Origin: an uncultured Planctomycetota bacterium
GTDB taxonomy: Bacteria; Planctomycetota; Planctomycetia; Pirellulales; Lacipirellulaceae
DNA: 64,000 nt
Direction: 5' to 3'
Assembly (NCBI GenBank): GCA_963719315.1
Contig: CAVRBU010000011.1
Location: 139,372-203,371, forward strand
Position 1 is the stretch's first letter; each line of letters begins with the position of its first letter. The notes under the pieces are model-generated. The model was not told where the DNA came from, searched no databases, and saw nothing but the letters and a program-made list of their open reading frames with translations. This document shows, in pieces, positions 33,001 to 43,641 of this stretch. The translations under genes were made by a program, and so were the position numbers.

Positions 33001-33900
33001 CTATCGCGCCCGTGGGTGCGCCTTCTCATACGCCGCGCGGAGGTTTGCGGTGCTGACGTGGGTGTAGATTTGCGTCGTGACGAGGCTTTTGTGGCCGAGT
33101 AGCTCCTGCACGCTGCGGATGTCGGCGCCGCGGTCCAAAAGGTGCGTGGCAAAGCTATGGCGGAGCGTGTGAGGCGACGTCCGCTGGTCGAGGCCCGTTT
33201 CTTTCAAGTACTTTTCGAGCATGCGGGCAACGCTGCGCGTGGTTAGCCGCGTGCCGAATTTGTTCGTGAAGACCGGGGCCTCGCGGCCTTTCCTTTCGCG
33301 GTCGGCCAGCTTGCGGACTTCCTGCCAACTTTTCAACGCGCGAGTAGCGTAGGAGCCGATCGGAGCAAGCCGCTCTTTCTTGCCCTTGCCGCGGATGCGG
33401 GCGATGCCGGCTGGGAAATCGAGGTCGCCGTCGTTGAGCCCGACGAGCTCGCTCACGCGCAGGCCGGCCGAGTAAAGCGTCTCCAGAATTGCGCGGTCGC
33501 GAACGGCGGCGCCTGAGTTGCCCCGTGGGGCAGCCAACAGTTTGCCGATCTCATCTGTCGTCAGGAAGTGCGGGAGCTTGCGGCTCTTTCGCGGGTTGCG
33601 GAGCGCTTTGGCCGGGTTCGATTTGGCCCAGCCTTCCCGTTGGCCGAATTTCAGGAAGCTGCGGACAGACGCCAGGCGTCGCGAGATCGAAGTCTTGGCG
33701 TAACCAGCTTCGTGCAGCGCCGAGAGAAACCCGCGCAGCTCGTTGGTCGTAATGCCGCCCGGCGGCGGGCTGGCGCCCTCGCCATCGGCCAGGTACTCGG
33801 CCAGCGCGTGCAAATCCTCGCGGTATCCTTTGAGCGTGTGGGGCGAAGCGCCGCGCTCCACGCGAAGATACTGCAGGAAGTGGCCGATCTGGGGGCGCAT
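33001..33900 (-). CDS. xerC: Tyrosine recombinase XerC
   Basis: GLRVSEL, GKGKKER, HTLRHSFATH, LLGHKSLVTTQIYTHV. Confidence 0.9.
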   Translation of the reverse strand: MRPQIGHFLQYLRVERGASPHTLKGYREDLHALAEYLADGEGASPPPGGITTNELRGFLSALHEAGYAKTSISRRLASVRSFLKFGQREGWAKSNPAKALRNPRKSRKLPHFLTTDEIGKLLAAPRGNSGAAVRDRAILETLYSAGLRVSELVGLNDGDLDFPAGIARIRGKGKKERLAPIGSYATRALKSWQEVRKLADRERKGREAPVFTNKFGTRLTTRSVARMLEKYLKETGLDQRTSPHTLRHSFATHLLDRGADIRSVQELLGHKSLVTTQIYTHVSTANLRAAYEKAHPRAR

Positions 33901-33992
33901 CGAAGGGTTGAGTGTTGAGCGTTTAGGGTTGAGGGTTCAAGGCCGGAATCAAACATCCGACCCTCAACACTCAACCCTCCACACTCAACTCT

Positions 33993-34231
33993 CTAAAACA
34001 GCTCTTCGCTGTCTGTCACTTGCGGCATGCGGAGTCGCGAGCGTTGTTGCCGTTCTTCTTGGCGAATCTTTTGGCTCAGCACGGCTGCATCATACCAACT
34101 GAAACTCAACTCCGGATTCGAGGCATGCCGGCCGAGCATGCGGAGCGCTTCGCGCGCTGCGAATCGTCGTAGAGAAAGATGTAGCGTTCTTTGCCTTTGA
34201 TCAGGGCGAGTACGTTGATGTCGTCGTTCAC
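33993..34231 (-). CDS. Small hypothetical protein, frameshifted near 34155
   Basis: GTG start gives NDDINVLALIKGKERYIFLYDDSQR, which continues as EALRMLGRHASNPELSFSWYDAAVL in the adjacent frame. Confidence 0.65.
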
Positions 34232-34377
34232 GTGCCAAGACTCCGTTCGGCAGCGGGCGGGGGTTGGCCGTCAGTTGCTGGGGGCTGAGGGCGTTGGGGC
34301 GGGGGGACTGAGTCGCGTCGCGAGGCTTGCTGGACATCCGGTCTCGGCGAGCGGACACGGCTCGACTCTACGACGTT

Positions 34378-35721
34378 TTATCGGCAATCGGACCAGCTAT
34401 ACACCACTCGCGTTTCACCAGCGCCGCCGCGCGCAGAGAGCATTTCGTTGATGTGCTTGTGACAGCAGAAGCGGATGAAGTCGTCGCTGCGCTGGAGGTA
34501 GTTTTGCCAGCCGCCGAACCGCGCATCGTCGCGAAAGTGATAGTAGCTGGCGAGTGCTTCCGTGAAATCGCTGTCGTTGCCCGAATAAATCCGCGTGTGC
34601 GCCATAACCGGACCATTTGTGGGACAGCAGGCGGGCCGCACCGGACTCGGCGGCGGCGAAATGAAACCCCGCGCATCGGGCCAACCTGGTGGCAACGCGC
34701 CACTCACGCCGATCGCACCGGTCGTATCACCGGCAGCAATCGAGGCCGATTGCATCGATGACGACGGCATACCCGCAGTGCTGGCGCTGGGCGGCAGCTC
34801 TTCCGCTTCGTTGGTTGCAAGATGAATCGCTTGGGCGACGTGGCCGCTATCGTCGCCGCCCTTGGAGCGGGCAGAGGGCTTCGTGGCGTCGCCGCCGTTG
34901 CCGGTTGATTCCTTGCTCGGCGCTGGGTTTTTACCGGCGTCTTTCGCGGCGGGCGACTCCATGGGCAAACCAGGGAAGGGCGCTGGTTCGGCCGGTTGTG
35001 GCGGCAATATCGAAGGCGCTATTGGTTGCAGGTCGCAAGCGGGTGTTTGCGTGGCGAGCTGCGCTTTGGCCAACGCGAACTCCGATTCGAACACGAGCGG
35101 CGCTGGAATATATTCTTCTTCCGGCGTGCCCCAAGGCAGGCCGTAACCGGGCGGTATTTCGTGGAACCCGGGGTTCGCCGCGTACCATTCAACGCGCAAC
35201 CCGCACCGGGGCGGATAGTAAGGGCTGTAATCGGTGATGGCGCCGATCACGACGGCGTCGACACCCAAGATGGTCGCGAGTCGCCGCGCTTCGTTCGGTC
35301 GCGAAAGATCGACTTGATTTTGGATGATGGCTTCTTCGACAACGCCCAACGGCACGACCTCGAAGCCGGGAACGGTCTGCAGCTCAGCAAAGTAAGCCAG
35401 CGCGAACTTGCGACCATCGACGGTGCGCTCATCGCTCTGATTGAAAAACGGCGCGACCGCTACTTTGCTCAGTTGCGGAAACGGATTGTGGACGACCGGC
35501 TCATGACTGACATCGGGAAAGACAAGCGCGCAGCCAGACGTGCCCAACAGCGCCACGCCAGCCAGCATGACAGCGTAGAGAAGTCGCCGGGGTCTGCCGC
35601 CATGTTTCGCTTTGGAAAAATGGAGACTGACGCCATCGCCACTCAAATATGAGAAGCCACGCAACATCGGCCGGATAGCGAACGCCAATCCAGCCCCCCT
35701 GCTAGCAAAACGAGCGCGCAT
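34378..35721 (-). CDS. Hypothetical lipoprotein (start uncertain)
   Basis: Lipobox LLGTSGC; VAVAPFFN and LGVDAVVIGAITDY motifs (CsgG/LpoB-like). Confidence 0.7.
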   Translation of the reverse strand: MRARFASRGAGLAFAIRPMLRGFSYLSGDGVSLHFSKAKHGGRPRRLLYAVMLAGVALLGTSGCALVFPDVSHEPVVHNPFPQLSKVAVAPFFNQSDERTVDGRKFALAYFAELQTVPGFEVVPLGVVEEAIIQNQVDLSRPNEARRLATILGVDAVVIGAITDYSPYYPPRCGLRVEWYAANPGFHEIPPGYGLPWGTPEEEYIPAPLVFESEFALAKAQLATQTPACDLQPIAPSILPPQPAEPAPFPGLPMESPAAKDAGKNPAPSKESTGNGGDATKPSARSKGGDDSGHVAQAIHLATNEAEELPPSASTAGMPSSSMQSASIAAGDTTGAIGVSGALPPGWPDARGFISPPPSPVRPACCPTNGPVMAHTRIYSGNDSDFTEALASYYHFRDDARFGGWQNYLQRSDDFIRFCCHKHINEMLSARGGAGETRVVYSWSDCR

Positions 35722-35997
35722 AGATACGGGCGCGCTACGGTTATCGACGGATGGAGGATGAGGCTTGAGGGATTGCCGTCGAAATCGCGATGCAAGCGTT
35801 CGGCCCCGGTTTGCTCAGCTTCGATGCCGTTTAGCGATTCGATCGTGCCGCCATGAGGGCTACGAAGAGCAGCGGAACGATGAATATCAAAGAAAAGAAG
35901 ATCGTGATCGGCGCGTTTGCAATCATTCCAATCAGCAGTGCCAACAACGTTCGTCCCGCAAAGAGCCAGCGCAGGGAGAAGCGAAGTATTGGCGGTT

Positions 35998-36447
35998 CTA
36001 TTGGTCCGATTGTTCCAACCAAGCGACGTCGGCGAGGTCTTTGGGCCGGCCAATGGCGAGTTTGTTTTTCAACAATTCATCACGACCGATGATCGGAACG
36101 GGTATTCCGTTGATCTGCTTCTGAATGCGATTTTGCCAAGCTTCGTCGAATTCCACGCCGTCGATCGAAGTGAGAATGTCGATCCGGTCCGGCTCGACTC
36201 CAATCTGATAGACATTGTTGAGAGTCGCGAAATCTTCAATCTTCAGATTTCGTCGGGGCGCACCGAACTTTTCGAGAGCCGCCCAAACGCGATTCGCGTT
36301 TTCCCGGGTTGGTCGAACCCAGATATCAAAGTCTCCCGTTGCGCGGGCATGGCCGTACGTTGCCATCGCATGAGCGCCAACGACCAGGTATTCACTCCCC
36401 GAGTCGTTTAAGGCACTCAACATGTCTCTGAAATTCTTGGTCAGCAA
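35998..36447 (-). CDS. Nucleotidyltransferase-family protein
   Basis: YLVVGAHAM...RATGDFDIW, NKLAIGRPKDLAD. Confidence 0.8.
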   Translation of the reverse strand: MLTKNFRDMLSALNDSGSEYLVVGAHAMATYGHARATGDFDIWVRPTRENANRVWAALEKFGAPRRNLKIEDFATLNNVYQIGVEPDRIDILTSIDGVEFDEAWQNRIQKQINGIPVPIIGRDELLKNKLAIGRPKDLADVAWLEQSDQ

Positions 36448-36595
36448 CGTTCACACCCTTCATGGCCCAGGCATTGACGGCCAATTGCCACATCATGTTC
36501 CAGCGTTCTTCGACGGTCGTGTTGCGCAGATCGTCTTCTTTGCCCTGATCGGCAAGTTTCGATTTGCGCTCAAGGTGGCGGTTCGCATCGGTCAT
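36392..36595 (-). CDS. Small protein overlapping the nucleotidyltransferase gene
   Basis: 67 aa, TTVEERWNMMWQL; same strand, overlapping. Confidence 0.6.
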   Translation of the reverse strand: MTDANRHLERKSKLADQGKEDDLRNTTVEERWNMMWQLAVNAWAMKGVNVADQEFQRHVECLKRLGE

Positions 36596-36604
36596 ACCTC
36601 TATT

Positions 36605-37063
36605 CTACCATTTTCGATGGGCGTACGCCGTCAACTTCCGCCATCGATGGGCAGCCGTATAGAAGCACACGACGGCCGCAACGGTCAGGCAATTGCCGAA
36701 AAACCATTGCAATGACGATCGATTTGCATATGCCCAATAGAACTGCAAAAAGGCAATGATCGCGACGCCGCTTCCGAGCACGATCCAGGAGCCGGCTGTG
36801 ACAAACGCCAAGGCCCGGCGATTTGCTGGGCGGATTAGCCAGTCGGCAGCGAGCAATGTGGCCACTTGAATCAGAGCGACGACCGCCACGACAAACACGA
36901 AGCCGGCGAAGTAAGTGCCAAGAGCCAGGACGATCGACACGATTGTAGTGACGGCGAACAAGCTGCGCAGCGAAAATTGCCACTCTGGCGGCGTGGTAGA
37001 GTCGCGGGCTGGGGTTTCGGTAATAGTTTCGTTGTGGACCACGGTGGTGTGTTTGTGCGTCAA
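36605..37063 (-). CDS. Membrane protein with QFSLRSL motif
   Basis: Four TM segments; overlaps the bshB1 stop. Confidence 0.7.
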   Translation of the reverse strand: MTHKHTTVVHNETITETPARDSTTPPEWQFSLRSLFAVTTIVSIVLALGTYFAGFVFVVAVVALIQVATLLAADWLIRPANRRALAFVTAGSWIVLGSGVAIIAFLQFYWAYANRSSLQWFFGNCLTVAAVVCFYTAAHRWRKLTAYAHRKW

Positions 37064-37749
37064 ACCAATCCAGCGAACGTCGTCATCCCAATCGGTTCAC
37101 GACAATGAAATGGCTCGCCGTAGCGCGTGCCGATGGCTTTGCCCCAGTAAGCGGCTTCGTCGCGGAGGGCGTCGATGAACGTCGGCGGTTCGGTCGGGCG
37201 GCCGGTGATGAATTGGCTTTCGTAGCAGCGAATGGCGGCCAGCTTCTGGTCCCACTCGTCGCTGATATCGAGGACGAAGGCCGGTTGCGGCGTCATCTTC
37301 AGGTGCACGCAGTAGTAGTTGTAGATCCGCTGCGGATGATGCGGCGTGCCGGGCAAGTCGGTTTTGGTGAGCTTGGCCCAGAATCGAGCCGCGTCGACGA
37401 GTTCCGTGGCAGCCAGGTGATCCGGGTGTGCGTCGATCCAATACGGCGCGAACAGCCAGCGCGGCTTCTCTCGACGGATTACGCCGGCCAGCCTCGCGCG
37501 ATTTTCGATCGTGGCTTCGAGTGCGCGATTCGGCAGGCCCAGGTTCTCGCGCCACTCGATGCCGAGGATCGCGGTCGCGGCGGCTGTTTCACGCTTGCGG
37601 ATCTCCGGCGTGCCGTGCGGCGTGGGCTCGCCGCTGGTGAGGTCGAGGATGCCGACGCGGCGGCCCTCCTTCACGAATTTCAAAATGGCTCCGCCCATGC
37701 CGAGCTCGGCATCGTCGGGGTGCGGGGCAATGACGAGGATCTCGAGCAT
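37060..37749 (-). CDS. bshB1: PIG-L family deacetylase (BshB1-like)
   Basis: APHPDDAELGMGG, LTSGE, HPDH, CYESQF. Confidence 0.85.
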   Translation of the reverse strand: MLEILVIAPHPDDAELGMGGAILKFVKEGRRVGILDLTSGEPTPHGTPEIRKRETAAATAILGIEWRENLGLPNRALEATIENRARLAGVIRREKPRWLFAPYWIDAHPDHLAATELVDAARFWAKLTKTDLPGTPHHPQRIYNYYCVHLKMTPQPAFVLDISDEWDQKLAAIRCYESQFITGRPTEPPTFIDALRDEAAYWGKAIGTRYGEPFHCREPIGMTTFAGLV

Positions 37750-37893
37750 GGGGTGGGCGAGAGTTGAGGGTCTAGGGTCAAATGCCAGAAAATCTGTGGT
37801 GATTTACAGTCCGATTTCCGCTTGCCCGGTAGTCTGGAATCTGGGAAACTCCGCCGCCAAATTCTGGAACCGATTTTCTTTCCGGTTACTGCC

Positions 37894-38088
37894 ATGTTCC
37901 GACATCCTTTCCATTTTACTCGCCGCGTGGGCTGCCTGGCAGCCTTGCTTCTGCCGCTCGTTTCGACCGGCGGCTGCGCAATGTGGAACAAGGACCTCTG
38001 GAATCCCGACCACTATCGCGACGAACGGGCCGTCGATATCGATAATCGGTTGGAGAAGAATGTGCCGCTCGTCAAGAACCCGTTCTAA
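37894..38088 (+). CDS. Small lipoprotein
   Basis: Signal peptide with STGGC lipobox. Confidence 0.6.
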   Translation: MFRHPFHFTRRVGCLAALLLPLVSTGGCAMWNKDLWNPDHYRDERAVDIDNRLEKNVPLVKNPF

Positions 38089-38126
38089 TCGGGTCCGCGA
38101 TTCGCTCTAATGGCGACGCGCCGGCG

Positions 38127-39695
38127 ATGCGTAGCATCGCGGCTATTTTTAATCTTCAGGATGTGGCACTCATGACGAACGATAAGGCTCGCAGCACTTA
38201 CGAACGACTTTGCAAACACACGCGCGAAGTCGCCATCCTTAGCTCGACGCAATCGCTCTTAGGTTGGGACGAGCGCACGAAGCTGCCGCCGGCCGGCGGG
38301 AATTATCGGGCCGAGCAGATGAGTTACCTGGCCGGCCTCATTCACCAGAAGCTGACTGCGCCAGAAGTGGGCGAGTGGCTCACCGAGCTCGCCGACAGCC
38401 CGCTGGCCGCCGATCCGCACAGCGACACGGGCGCGGATATCGTCAACCTGAAGCGCGACTACGAGCGGAAAACGAAACTGCCGCAAGCGCTCGTCGAGGA
38501 GCTTGCGAAACTCTCGGTCTTGGGTCAGCAATTGTGGGTGGAAGCTCGCAAAGCAAACGACTTCGGCCGATTTCGCCCGCTCCTCGAACGAACACTCGTG
38601 CTCAAGCGCCAAGAAGCGGCCGCGATTGGCTACGAAAAGGAGGCTTACGATGCGCTGCTCGACGAATTCGAACCGGGGGCAAAAACGACGGAAGTCGCGC
38701 GGGCGCTCGCGGGTTTGCGCGAGCAGCTCGTACCGCTCGTGGCCGCGATTGCGGCCAGTCCTCGACGACCGAATATGGAAGCATTGCGAGGCCGATGTCC
38801 AGTCGATTTGCAGGAACAATTCGGCCGCTGCTGCGTGGGCGCGATCGGCTTCAATTTCAATCAGGGCCGGCTCGACACGACGAATCACCCGTTCTGCGCC
38901 GGCGTGGGCCCGTGCGATGTCCGCCTCACGACGCGCTACGACGAAAACTTTTTGCCGGGCTCGCTGTTCAGCACGCTGCACGAAGCGGGTCACGGCATTT
39001 ACGACCAAGGCCTGCGCGAAGAGCACTACGGCCTTCCCACGGGAGAGGCCGTATCGCTCGGCATTCACGAATCGCAATCGCGGATGTGGGAAAACCTCGT
39101 CGGCCGTAGGCGCGCGTTCTGGGAATACTTCTATCCGATCGCGCAGCAAACGTTTGGCGAGGCACTGGGCGGCGTATCACTCGACGACTTCTATTTCGCA
39201 ATCAATGATGTGCGGCCATCGCTGATTCGTACGGAGTCGGATGAAGTCACCTACAACCTCCATATTTTGATCCGCTTCGAACTCGAACTCGCGCTCATCA
39301 ACGACGATCTCGCGGTCGTCGATTTGCCAGAGGCTTGGCACGCCAAGTATCGCGAATACCTCGGCATTCAATCGCCGACCGATGCTGACGGTTTGTTGCA
39401 GGACGTGCACTGGAGCTCGGGGGCATTCGGCTATTTTCCGACGTACTCACTCGGCAACTTGTATGCGGCTCAATTCTTTGAGAAGGCCCAACAAGACCTG
39501 GGCGACTTGGACGAGATGTTCGGCCGTGGCGAATTCTTGCCGCTCCGCGAGTGGCTGCGGACGAAGATCCACGCGGAAGGCCGGCGTTATCCGGCCGCCG
39601 AGCTGGGCCGCCGCGTCACTGGCTCGACGCTAGCACACGACGCACTAATGCGGCATCTCCGCGGTAAGTTTGGGCCGTTGTACGATCTGTACTAA
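38127..39695 (+). CDS. Carboxypeptidase M32 (Taq type)
   Basis: HPF, HEAGH, HESQSR, QDVHWS.G.FGYFPTY. Confidence 0.95.
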   Translation: MRSIAAIFNLQDVALMTNDKARSTYERLCKHTREVAILSSTQSLLGWDERTKLPPAGGNYRAEQMSYLAGLIHQKLTAPEVGEWLTELADSPLAADPHSDTGADIVNLKRDYERKTKLPQALVEELAKLSVLGQQLWVEARKANDFGRFRPLLERTLVLKRQEAAAIGYEKEAYDALLDEFEPGAKTTEVARALAGLREQLVPLVAAIAASPRRPNMEALRGRCPVDLQEQFGRCCVGAIGFNFNQGRLDTTNHPFCAGVGPCDVRLTTRYDENFLPGSLFSTLHEAGHGIYDQGLREEHYGLPTGEAVSLGIHESQSRMWENLVGRRRAFWEYFYPIAQQTFGEALGGVSLDDFYFAINDVRPSLIRTESDEVTYNLHILIRFELELALINDDLAVVDLPEAWHAKYREYLGIQSPTDADGLLQDVHWSSGAFGYFPTYSLGNLYAAQFFEKAQQDLGDLDEMFGRGEFLPLREWLRTKIHAEGRRYPAAELGRRVTGSTLAHDALMRHLRGKFGPLYDLY

Positions 39696-40052
39696 GGTCG
39701 GTGGAGTCGAAGGCTGGCTTGGCGAGCCAAGCGTGCGAGAGGCGTCCCTGACGCCGAAGAAGTAACGTAATTCTGCCCGGACTCGGCCTTGAAAAGGCCT
39801 CCCACGGCCTCACTTGGAAGCAGCCGCCAATAGATGTGCTTCTAGACTCGCGGCTCCTACTATGGGAGTTTGTCGGTTATGCCGGTTAGCGGAGCGGGGG
39901 CTCAGTTTTTGCGTAAGCCGATTAAAACCGAGCGAGCAAGAATGGATGTTTTCGGAACTGGGTGGTGGTAGACTGTTTTAACGCTTATTCCGCTGCTTCT
40001 TATTGGCTCGGTGCGACACTTGTCGCGCCGGCCGCGCCGGAGAATTACGTCC

Positions 40053-42074
40053 ATGGCCCGATTGGCCAAGTGCCCCAAGTGTGAACACGAATTGCTGGTT
40101 CCAGACGGCGCCGTCGCAGGCGCTTGGTCGCGTTGTCCGAGTTGCCGGGCGTACTTTCAATTGAAAGATGCGCCGTTGCGCGACCTGCCGACGCTCGAAG
40201 TCGTCGAATCGGCGCCCGCACCGGACGCCGAGGATAGCGGCGCGGCCCAAACTGTGGCTGACTTTCCTTCGTCGGCAACTTGGGGCAGTGAGTCTCAAGA
40301 TGACGACGAGTTGCACATCGCGAAAGAATCAGAACCGGCCAGCATCCACATCGCGGATGAACTTGACGACGCCAAGCCGCAAGCGGGAGACGAGTCGGAC
40401 TTTGACGACTTGGCCGCCATGTTCAATGCGGACGATATTGAGGGCGACGAAGAATCAGAATCAGCGGCGGAAGAATTGCTCGCCACGCAAGCGCACGTGC
40501 AGGAGCCGGAAGTGGCCGGGCTGCACGTCGCCGAAGTCGATGAGACGGACGAAGCCGATGAGGCGCTCGATTTGGACGCACCGATTAAAGAAACTCCCGA
40601 GGCGGCCGCCGAGCGCATTGACGCCTGGTTTCGTTCGGCGAAGACGCTGGCGGATGTTCCTTCGCTAGAAAGTGTGGAAATCGATTATCACATGGAGCAG
40701 AAACCAGAATCTGAGTCGAGCAGCTCGGCCGCGAACAGCGCTACGGTCGATCTCGGCAGCGGGGGTGGGCTCAGTTTCAACGATGACTTCGAACTCGATG
40801 CGCCGCAAGAATCGCCGAAAGATCTTGCCACCTGGGACGATTCACAGCATATGGATCGATTGTTGGCCGAACTGCAGGATCAGCCGGCCGACGAGTTGGT
40901 GGCATCGGTCTCAGCGGATACCCCGAAAGCCGCTGAAGCAGTCGCGCCGGCGGCAGCGGCAGCCGCCTGGTCGCCCGATGAAGCGCTCGCCATTAGACGG
41001 CAAGCCAATAAGCCGCGTCGCGAGCGGTCGATTGTACGAACACTGTTGATGACAACCGTCGGCGGTCTCATGGGCCTCGGCTTGGGGTACTACGCATTGC
41101 TGTGGCTCCGCGGCCCTGAAATTGATTTCCTGCAAGTGGCCAAGTACTTGCCACAGGCCATTCTGCCGGCGTCGTTTCATCCGGCGCCGCGTCAAATGGC
41201 TGCCGCGCCGCCGGTTCGTTCCACCGTCGAAGACACGCCTGCCGAACCGATTTCCGATGAACCGGCGCCAACGGCAGATGAAACCGCAAAGGCTGCGGAT
41301 GCGACACCGAAAGATGCAGATGCACCGGCCGAAAAATTGGCCACATTCACCGAGCCCGTTGACGCGAAGAAGTCCGCCGCGGCGGACGGCGATCGATACG
41401 GGATTAAGGATTCGGCGGGCGACAAACCAGCCGAACCAGCGGCATTTGATGTGCCGCCCGCCACGCCCGTGAAAGAGATTGCGACGCCGCGCGAACCGGT
41501 GCACATCAGCGGCGCGCCGTCGTTCACTGCGACCGAACTATCGGCAGCACTTGAGGCTGGCAAGGGCGCCGAGGCCGGTTTGGTCGACGGCAATCTTGCG
41601 GATGACCGCGAAGTTGCTCGCACGAAGGGTTTTAGCTATTCGATTCTCGCGGACCTTGCGCAGAAGGTGACCTTTGCCGACGCTGCGTCGTCGAATGAAG
41701 TCGTCAAGCTGCAACAAGAGGCCGACGAGCTCTTTCGCAAGACGCTCGCCACGCCCCACGCGCGCGACGAAGTTAGCCAGATCGTGCCCAAATGGATCAC
41801 CTCGCCCAATCGCCGCCAGGGCGGCGTGTTCTTCGCCGGCAGCGTGGTCAGCCACGACGCAAAAGGTACGGTGAGCCAATGCAGCGTCGACTTGGGCGGC
41901 GGGCAGTCGTTACCCGTTCTCGTACCTGCCGAGCAAGGTGACCAACTCAAGGGCTCATCGTCGCCAGTCGCCGTAGTCGGCTGGATCGTCGATAAACCGG
42001 CCGAGCAAGTCGCCGGATACACCGGCTCGGCCCCGCAAGCCGTCTACGCGGCCAAGCTCATTCCGCTTGAGTAG
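40053..42074 (+). CDS. Zinc-ribbon / acidic-linker / single-TM hypothetical protein
   Basis: CPKC...CPSC, long D/E-rich region, GGLMGLGLGYYALLW TM. Confidence 0.75.
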   Translation: MARLAKCPKCEHELLVPDGAVAGAWSRCPSCRAYFQLKDAPLRDLPTLEVVESAPAPDAEDSGAAQTVADFPSSATWGSESQDDDELHIAKESEPASIHIADELDDAKPQAGDESDFDDLAAMFNADDIEGDEESESAAEELLATQAHVQEPEVAGLHVAEVDETDEADEALDLDAPIKETPEAAAERIDAWFRSAKTLADVPSLESVEIDYHMEQKPESESSSSAANSATVDLGSGGGLSFNDDFELDAPQESPKDLATWDDSQHMDRLLAELQDQPADELVASVSADTPKAAEAVAPAAAAAAWSPDEALAIRRQANKPRRERSIVRTLLMTTVGGLMGLGLGYYALLWLRGPEIDFLQVAKYLPQAILPASFHPAPRQMAAAPPVRSTVEDTPAEPISDEPAPTADETAKAADATPKDADAPAEKLATFTEPVDAKKSAAADGDRYGIKDSAGDKPAEPAAFDVPPATPVKEIATPREPVHISGAPSFTATELSAALEAGKGAEAGLVDGNLADDREVARTKGFSYSILADLAQKVTFADAASSNEVVKLQQEADELFRKTLATPHARDEVSQIVPKWITSPNRRQGGVFFAGSVVSHDAKGTVSQCSVDLGGGQSLPVLVPAEQGDQLKGSSSPVAVVGWIVDKPAEQVAGYTGSAPQAVYAAKLIPLE

Positions 42075-42224
42075 CCTACAAGCCCGGGCATGAACTCGGC
42101 GTCGCTGCCACATTCCTCAACCTGCCAGCTCTCGACGGGCTGGTCGGTCCAGCGATCAGTTCGTAGGATAAGCGGGCAAATCTGCTATTACCCCGAATTT
42201 CGTTCCTCACAGCTTTGTGCATCC

Positions 42225-43433
42225 ATGATTATCTCCGTCCCCAAGGAAACCTACCCCGGCGAGCGCCGGGTTGCACTCGTTCCAGCCAGCGTCCTGCCGC
42301 TCGTTAAGGCGGGCCAGCGAGTGCAAATTGAAGCCGGCGCCGGCGCGTCGGCCGGCTTTACCGATGACGCCTACCGGGACGCGGGCGCCGAGATTGTCGC
42401 CGATCGCCGACAATTGTTTCAGGCGGCAGACGTAGTATTGCAGGTGCGGGGCCTGGGCGCGAATCTGCATGCGGGAGCTGCGGACCTCGAGGCGATGCGC
42501 GATGGCTTGGTGATACTGGCCCCCTGCGATCCGTTGGGAAACCCGACCGCCATCCAGCAACTGGCCGAGCGCGGCGTTACGCTGTTCGCGATGGAACTCA
42601 TCCCGCGGATCACGCGGGCACAAAGCATGGACGTACTCTCCTCGATGGCCACGATTGCCGGCTACAAGGCCGTGCTGTTAGCCGCCGACCGGCTGCCCAA
42701 AATGTTTCCACTGATGATGACGGCCGCCGGAACGCTCACGCCGGCGAAGGTGTTCGTCGTGGGCGCGGGCGTGGCCGGGCTGCAAGCGATTGCGTCTGCC
42801 CGCCGGCTGGGCGCCGTGGTCCACGCGTACGATGTGCGGCCGGCCGTAAAGGAGCAGGTCGAGAGCCTCGGCGCAAAATTCGTCGAGGTACCGTTGGAAA
42901 CCACGGGGGCCGAGGCGGCCGGAGGATATGCCAAGCAGTTGGGCGAAGAGTTTTATCAGAAGCAGCGCGAGTTGATGGCCCGCACCGTCGCCGGCAGCGA
43001 TGTGTGCATCACGACGGCGGCAATTCCAGGCAAGCCGTCGCCGCGAATCATCACGGCCGAAGCCGTCCGCGGCATGGCGCCGGGTTCGATCATTGTGGAT
43101 TTGGCCGCCGAGCGGGGCGGCAATTGCGAGCTCACCAAAGCCGACGAAACGATCGCGGAAAGCGGCGTCACGATTCTCGGCCCGACCAATCTTCCGAGTG
43201 AAGTTCCAACGCACGCCAGCCAGATGCTCGCCAAAAATCTCACAAATTTTGCCAAGCTCGTTATCCGCGGCAGCGAATTCCATTTGAACCTGGAAGACGA
43301 GGTCGTGCGGGCAACGCTGGCCGCGTACCGGGGCGAAGTCGTCAGCCCGCAAGTCCGGCAATTACTCGGAATGGAGCCGCTCAAGACGCCGGTCGAAGGC
43401 AGCCCGCCAGTCGATCATTTCGCGGCGAAGTAG
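42225..43433 (+). CDS. pntA: NAD(P) transhydrogenase alpha subunit, soluble domain I
   Basis: PKE..GERRVA, RITRAQSMDVLSS, GAGVAGLQA, DLAAE.GGNC; no TM domain. Confidence 0.93.
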   Translation: MIISVPKETYPGERRVALVPASVLPLVKAGQRVQIEAGAGASAGFTDDAYRDAGAEIVADRRQLFQAADVVLQVRGLGANLHAGAADLEAMRDGLVILAPCDPLGNPTAIQQLAERGVTLFAMELIPRITRAQSMDVLSSMATIAGYKAVLLAADRLPKMFPLMMTAAGTLTPAKVFVVGAGVAGLQAIASARRLGAVVHAYDVRPAVKEQVESLGAKFVEVPLETTGAEAAGGYAKQLGEEFYQKQRELMARTVAGSDVCITTAAIPGKPSPRIITAEAVRGMAPGSIIVDLAAERGGNCELTKADETIAESGVTILGPTNLPSEVPTHASQMLAKNLTNFAKLVIRGSEFHLNLEDEVVRATLAAYRGEVVSPQVRQLLGMEPLKTPVEGSPPVDHFAAK

Positions 43434-43443
43434 AATCTGCATT

Positions 43444-43517
43444 AGGGTTGCTGGGGTCGAGCGCAGCGAGCCCCCAGACGCGCTGGGGGCTCGCCTCCGG
43501 CTCGACCCCAGCCACCC
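43444..43517. repeat. Palindromic repeat
   Basis: GCTGGGGTCGAGC...GAGCCCCCAG / CTGGGGGCTC...GCTCGACCCCAGC. Confidence 0.85.
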
Positions 43518-43641
43518 GAATCCGCGTTCGTGCTTGGTCTCACACGAACCGAGTGCGTACAATTCTCGTAGTCTTGATGATGTGAACTGCAACACTCCGC
43601 GACGATCCGTCGTCGGAACAAATACAGGACAATGAGGGGCG

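Noticed and set aside
33001..33900. Integron integrase or prophage integrase
   Set aside because: XerC length and motifs, no IntI insertion, core gene context
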